Shown piece after piece: positions 62,404 through 64,000 of a DNA stretch of 64,000 bases. Source of the stretch: Octopus sinensis (lineage: Eukaryota); NCBI RefSeq assembly GCF_006345805.1, contig NC_043019.1, positions 17,483,360 through 17,547,359 on the forward strand, read 5' to 3'. Position 1 is the stretch's first letter, and each line of letters begins with the position of its first letter. The position numbers and the translations under genes are program-made. The notes under the pieces were generated by a model that saw only the letters and a program-made list of their open reading frames with translations, did not search any database and was not told where the DNA came from.

Positions 62404-62925
62404 TTAACATACTTTTTTACCTGATGACTAAGTTTTTTGAGACAAATATTGGAATCCAGGCAACTTTCTTGTTGATTTGATGATGGTGTGTTTGTTTGTG
62501 TGTGTGTGTGTACATACAGTTTCTTGTTTATTTTGTGATACAAAACAAGAACATAGTCACTGCAAGCTTGTCTGCTGGTCTTTGAAGAATATAAGGTTTT
62601 GGTAAATACTTATTTGTGTGGCGGTAAACTGGGATTACATTTCTGAAACATAATCCCTGATGCCTTAAATATGAATAAGTGCATACACGTGTGTGTGTGT
62701 GCATATGCACGCACTCACATTCACTCACACACACACACTCACACACACACACACGTTATGTTATTATAGAAGTTAGTACATCAATTATTAGAGGAAATAC
62801 ACAGTATTTGAGTAAGGTAGATGTACTGATGAAGAAATTTAGATTACTATCTGGATTAAAATTGTAGGCCTAAAAATAAGTGAATGAATTGAGTGAGAAA
62901 ACTTCTCTTTTATCCATTCTTTCAG

Positions 62926-63192
62926 ATGTTGAGAACTTGTACAGTCATACTTCATTGCACACCTATTTCAACAACCCAAATTGTATTCCATTTCTGCTAG
63001 TTTCAATTACCAGGTGTTTATCAACAAATTGCTGCTCGTTTGCCGTCTGGTTATTCATGTACCTGTTACCTGGCTCACTGACAAATGCTATTCCCATCAC
63101 AAATAAAGAGCCGTTTGTGCACCATGTTTATTCCAGATTTGAAATACATCAATTGTCCAAAGCCAATTCTATCATACTGCAATTATTTATAG
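62926..63192 (+). CDS. Candidate 267-nt symmetric (phase 1-1) coding exon, hydrophobic stretches
   Basis: Acceptor cttctcttttatccattctttcag|, donor TAG|gtaaat; 88 open codons (DVENLYSHTSLH...SIILQLFI); phase-compatible with candidate 63431-63464 (GCLVCVIVRVA); no homology confirmation. Confidence 0.35.
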
Positions 63193-63689
63193 GTAAATTA
63201 TTCATTTGCAGTTATCATTTTGGGAGCATCTTGTAGTTATCATAAAAATAAAAAAAATTAAAAAACCATGGCAACACAACTTTCACTGTGTGTACTTTGA
63301 TTCTGTAAACTCCACATCTGCAATACAAACAGTGAATAACGATATCTTTCCCTTTTGTGATAAGGCTGTTTTTTTTTTCTTTATCATAGCTATGTTTGTT
63401 TGTTTTTCCTGTTTGATTTTGTTTGTACAGGTTGTTTGGTATGCGTCATTGTCAGAGTTGCAGGGTAATTGTTAGGCCTTGTGTACGTGAGAAAAGATTC
63501 TGCTTTTCTTCAGATGATTATAATTATTATTTCATGAAAACTCTCAGCTTCCTTTGCTGGCTGTGGTGGAAAATGTCAGTTGTTTGAGTGCTCTTGTTAT
63601 TATTATCATGAGTTTTTCTCTTTTCCATTTTGTTTCCATTTCTTGCTGAGCACCTTTCTGACTCTTTGGACAAACTCTAGTCTGTGCCA

Positions 63690-64000
63690 AACTCTAGTCT
63701 CATTTGGCATGATTTCTATGGCTAGATACCCTTCCTAATACCAGAGTGTAGTGGGTGCTTTTACATGCTGCCGGCACAGGTGCCATTTGTGTGACATCTG
63801 CCACGACTATGATTTCACTTGGCTCGATGTGTCTTCTACTCAAGCATGGCATAATATCAAAGGTCTCGGTCATTGGTCATTGCCTCTGTGAGGCCTAACA
63901 CCCGAAAGATGCTGTTTACAAGCCACTAGCATTGCCCACCTTGCCTCTGTGAAACCCAACGCTTGAAAGGGTGCCAGTTATTTGACACCAGCACCAACCA
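63690..64000 (-). mobile_element. SINE-like family C, old copy with diverged 5' modules; runs off the window edge
   Basis: ttctatggctagatacccttcctaat...gtagtgggtgcttttacatgc, then repeated ttgcctctgtga...aac...gaaag units. Confidence 0.65.

Overview
AT-rich, microsatellite-dense eukaryotic DNA made mostly of interspersed repeats. The SINE repertoire, LINE types and (TA)n/(CA)n/(AAT)n density suggest an octopus (coleoid cephalopod) intronic or intergenic locus; this is inferred from recalled repeat sequences, not from a database search. The window holds five SINE or SINE-like families (about 45 copies, both strands). LINE remnants come from several clades: a young 5'-truncated CR1-type RT with one frameshift (8616-9960), a Tx1/L1-type 3' end with an open reading frame inserted into a SINE head, RTE, Penelope-like, and R4/Dong-like. 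DNA-transposon derivatives include an internally deleted mariner, a hAT MITE with a perfect 8-bp TSD, TTAA/CCC piggyBac-type MITEs and Helitron/Helentron-type pieces. No host gene could be identified by homology. A few splice-site-flanked open frames are reported as low-confidence candidate exons, and most ORFs in the supplied track are microsatellite or SINE artefacts. I found no convincing new gene system. The best leads are mechanistic: SINE insertions with very long target duplications (37 and 140 bp) and fold-back or templated 5' junctions, LINEs landing in specific SINE parts, a headless SINE-like element with a variable number of hairpin modules, and a ~107-nt colinear paralogous pair of unknown nature. 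Repeat boundaries are approximate unless TSDs or TIRs are cited.
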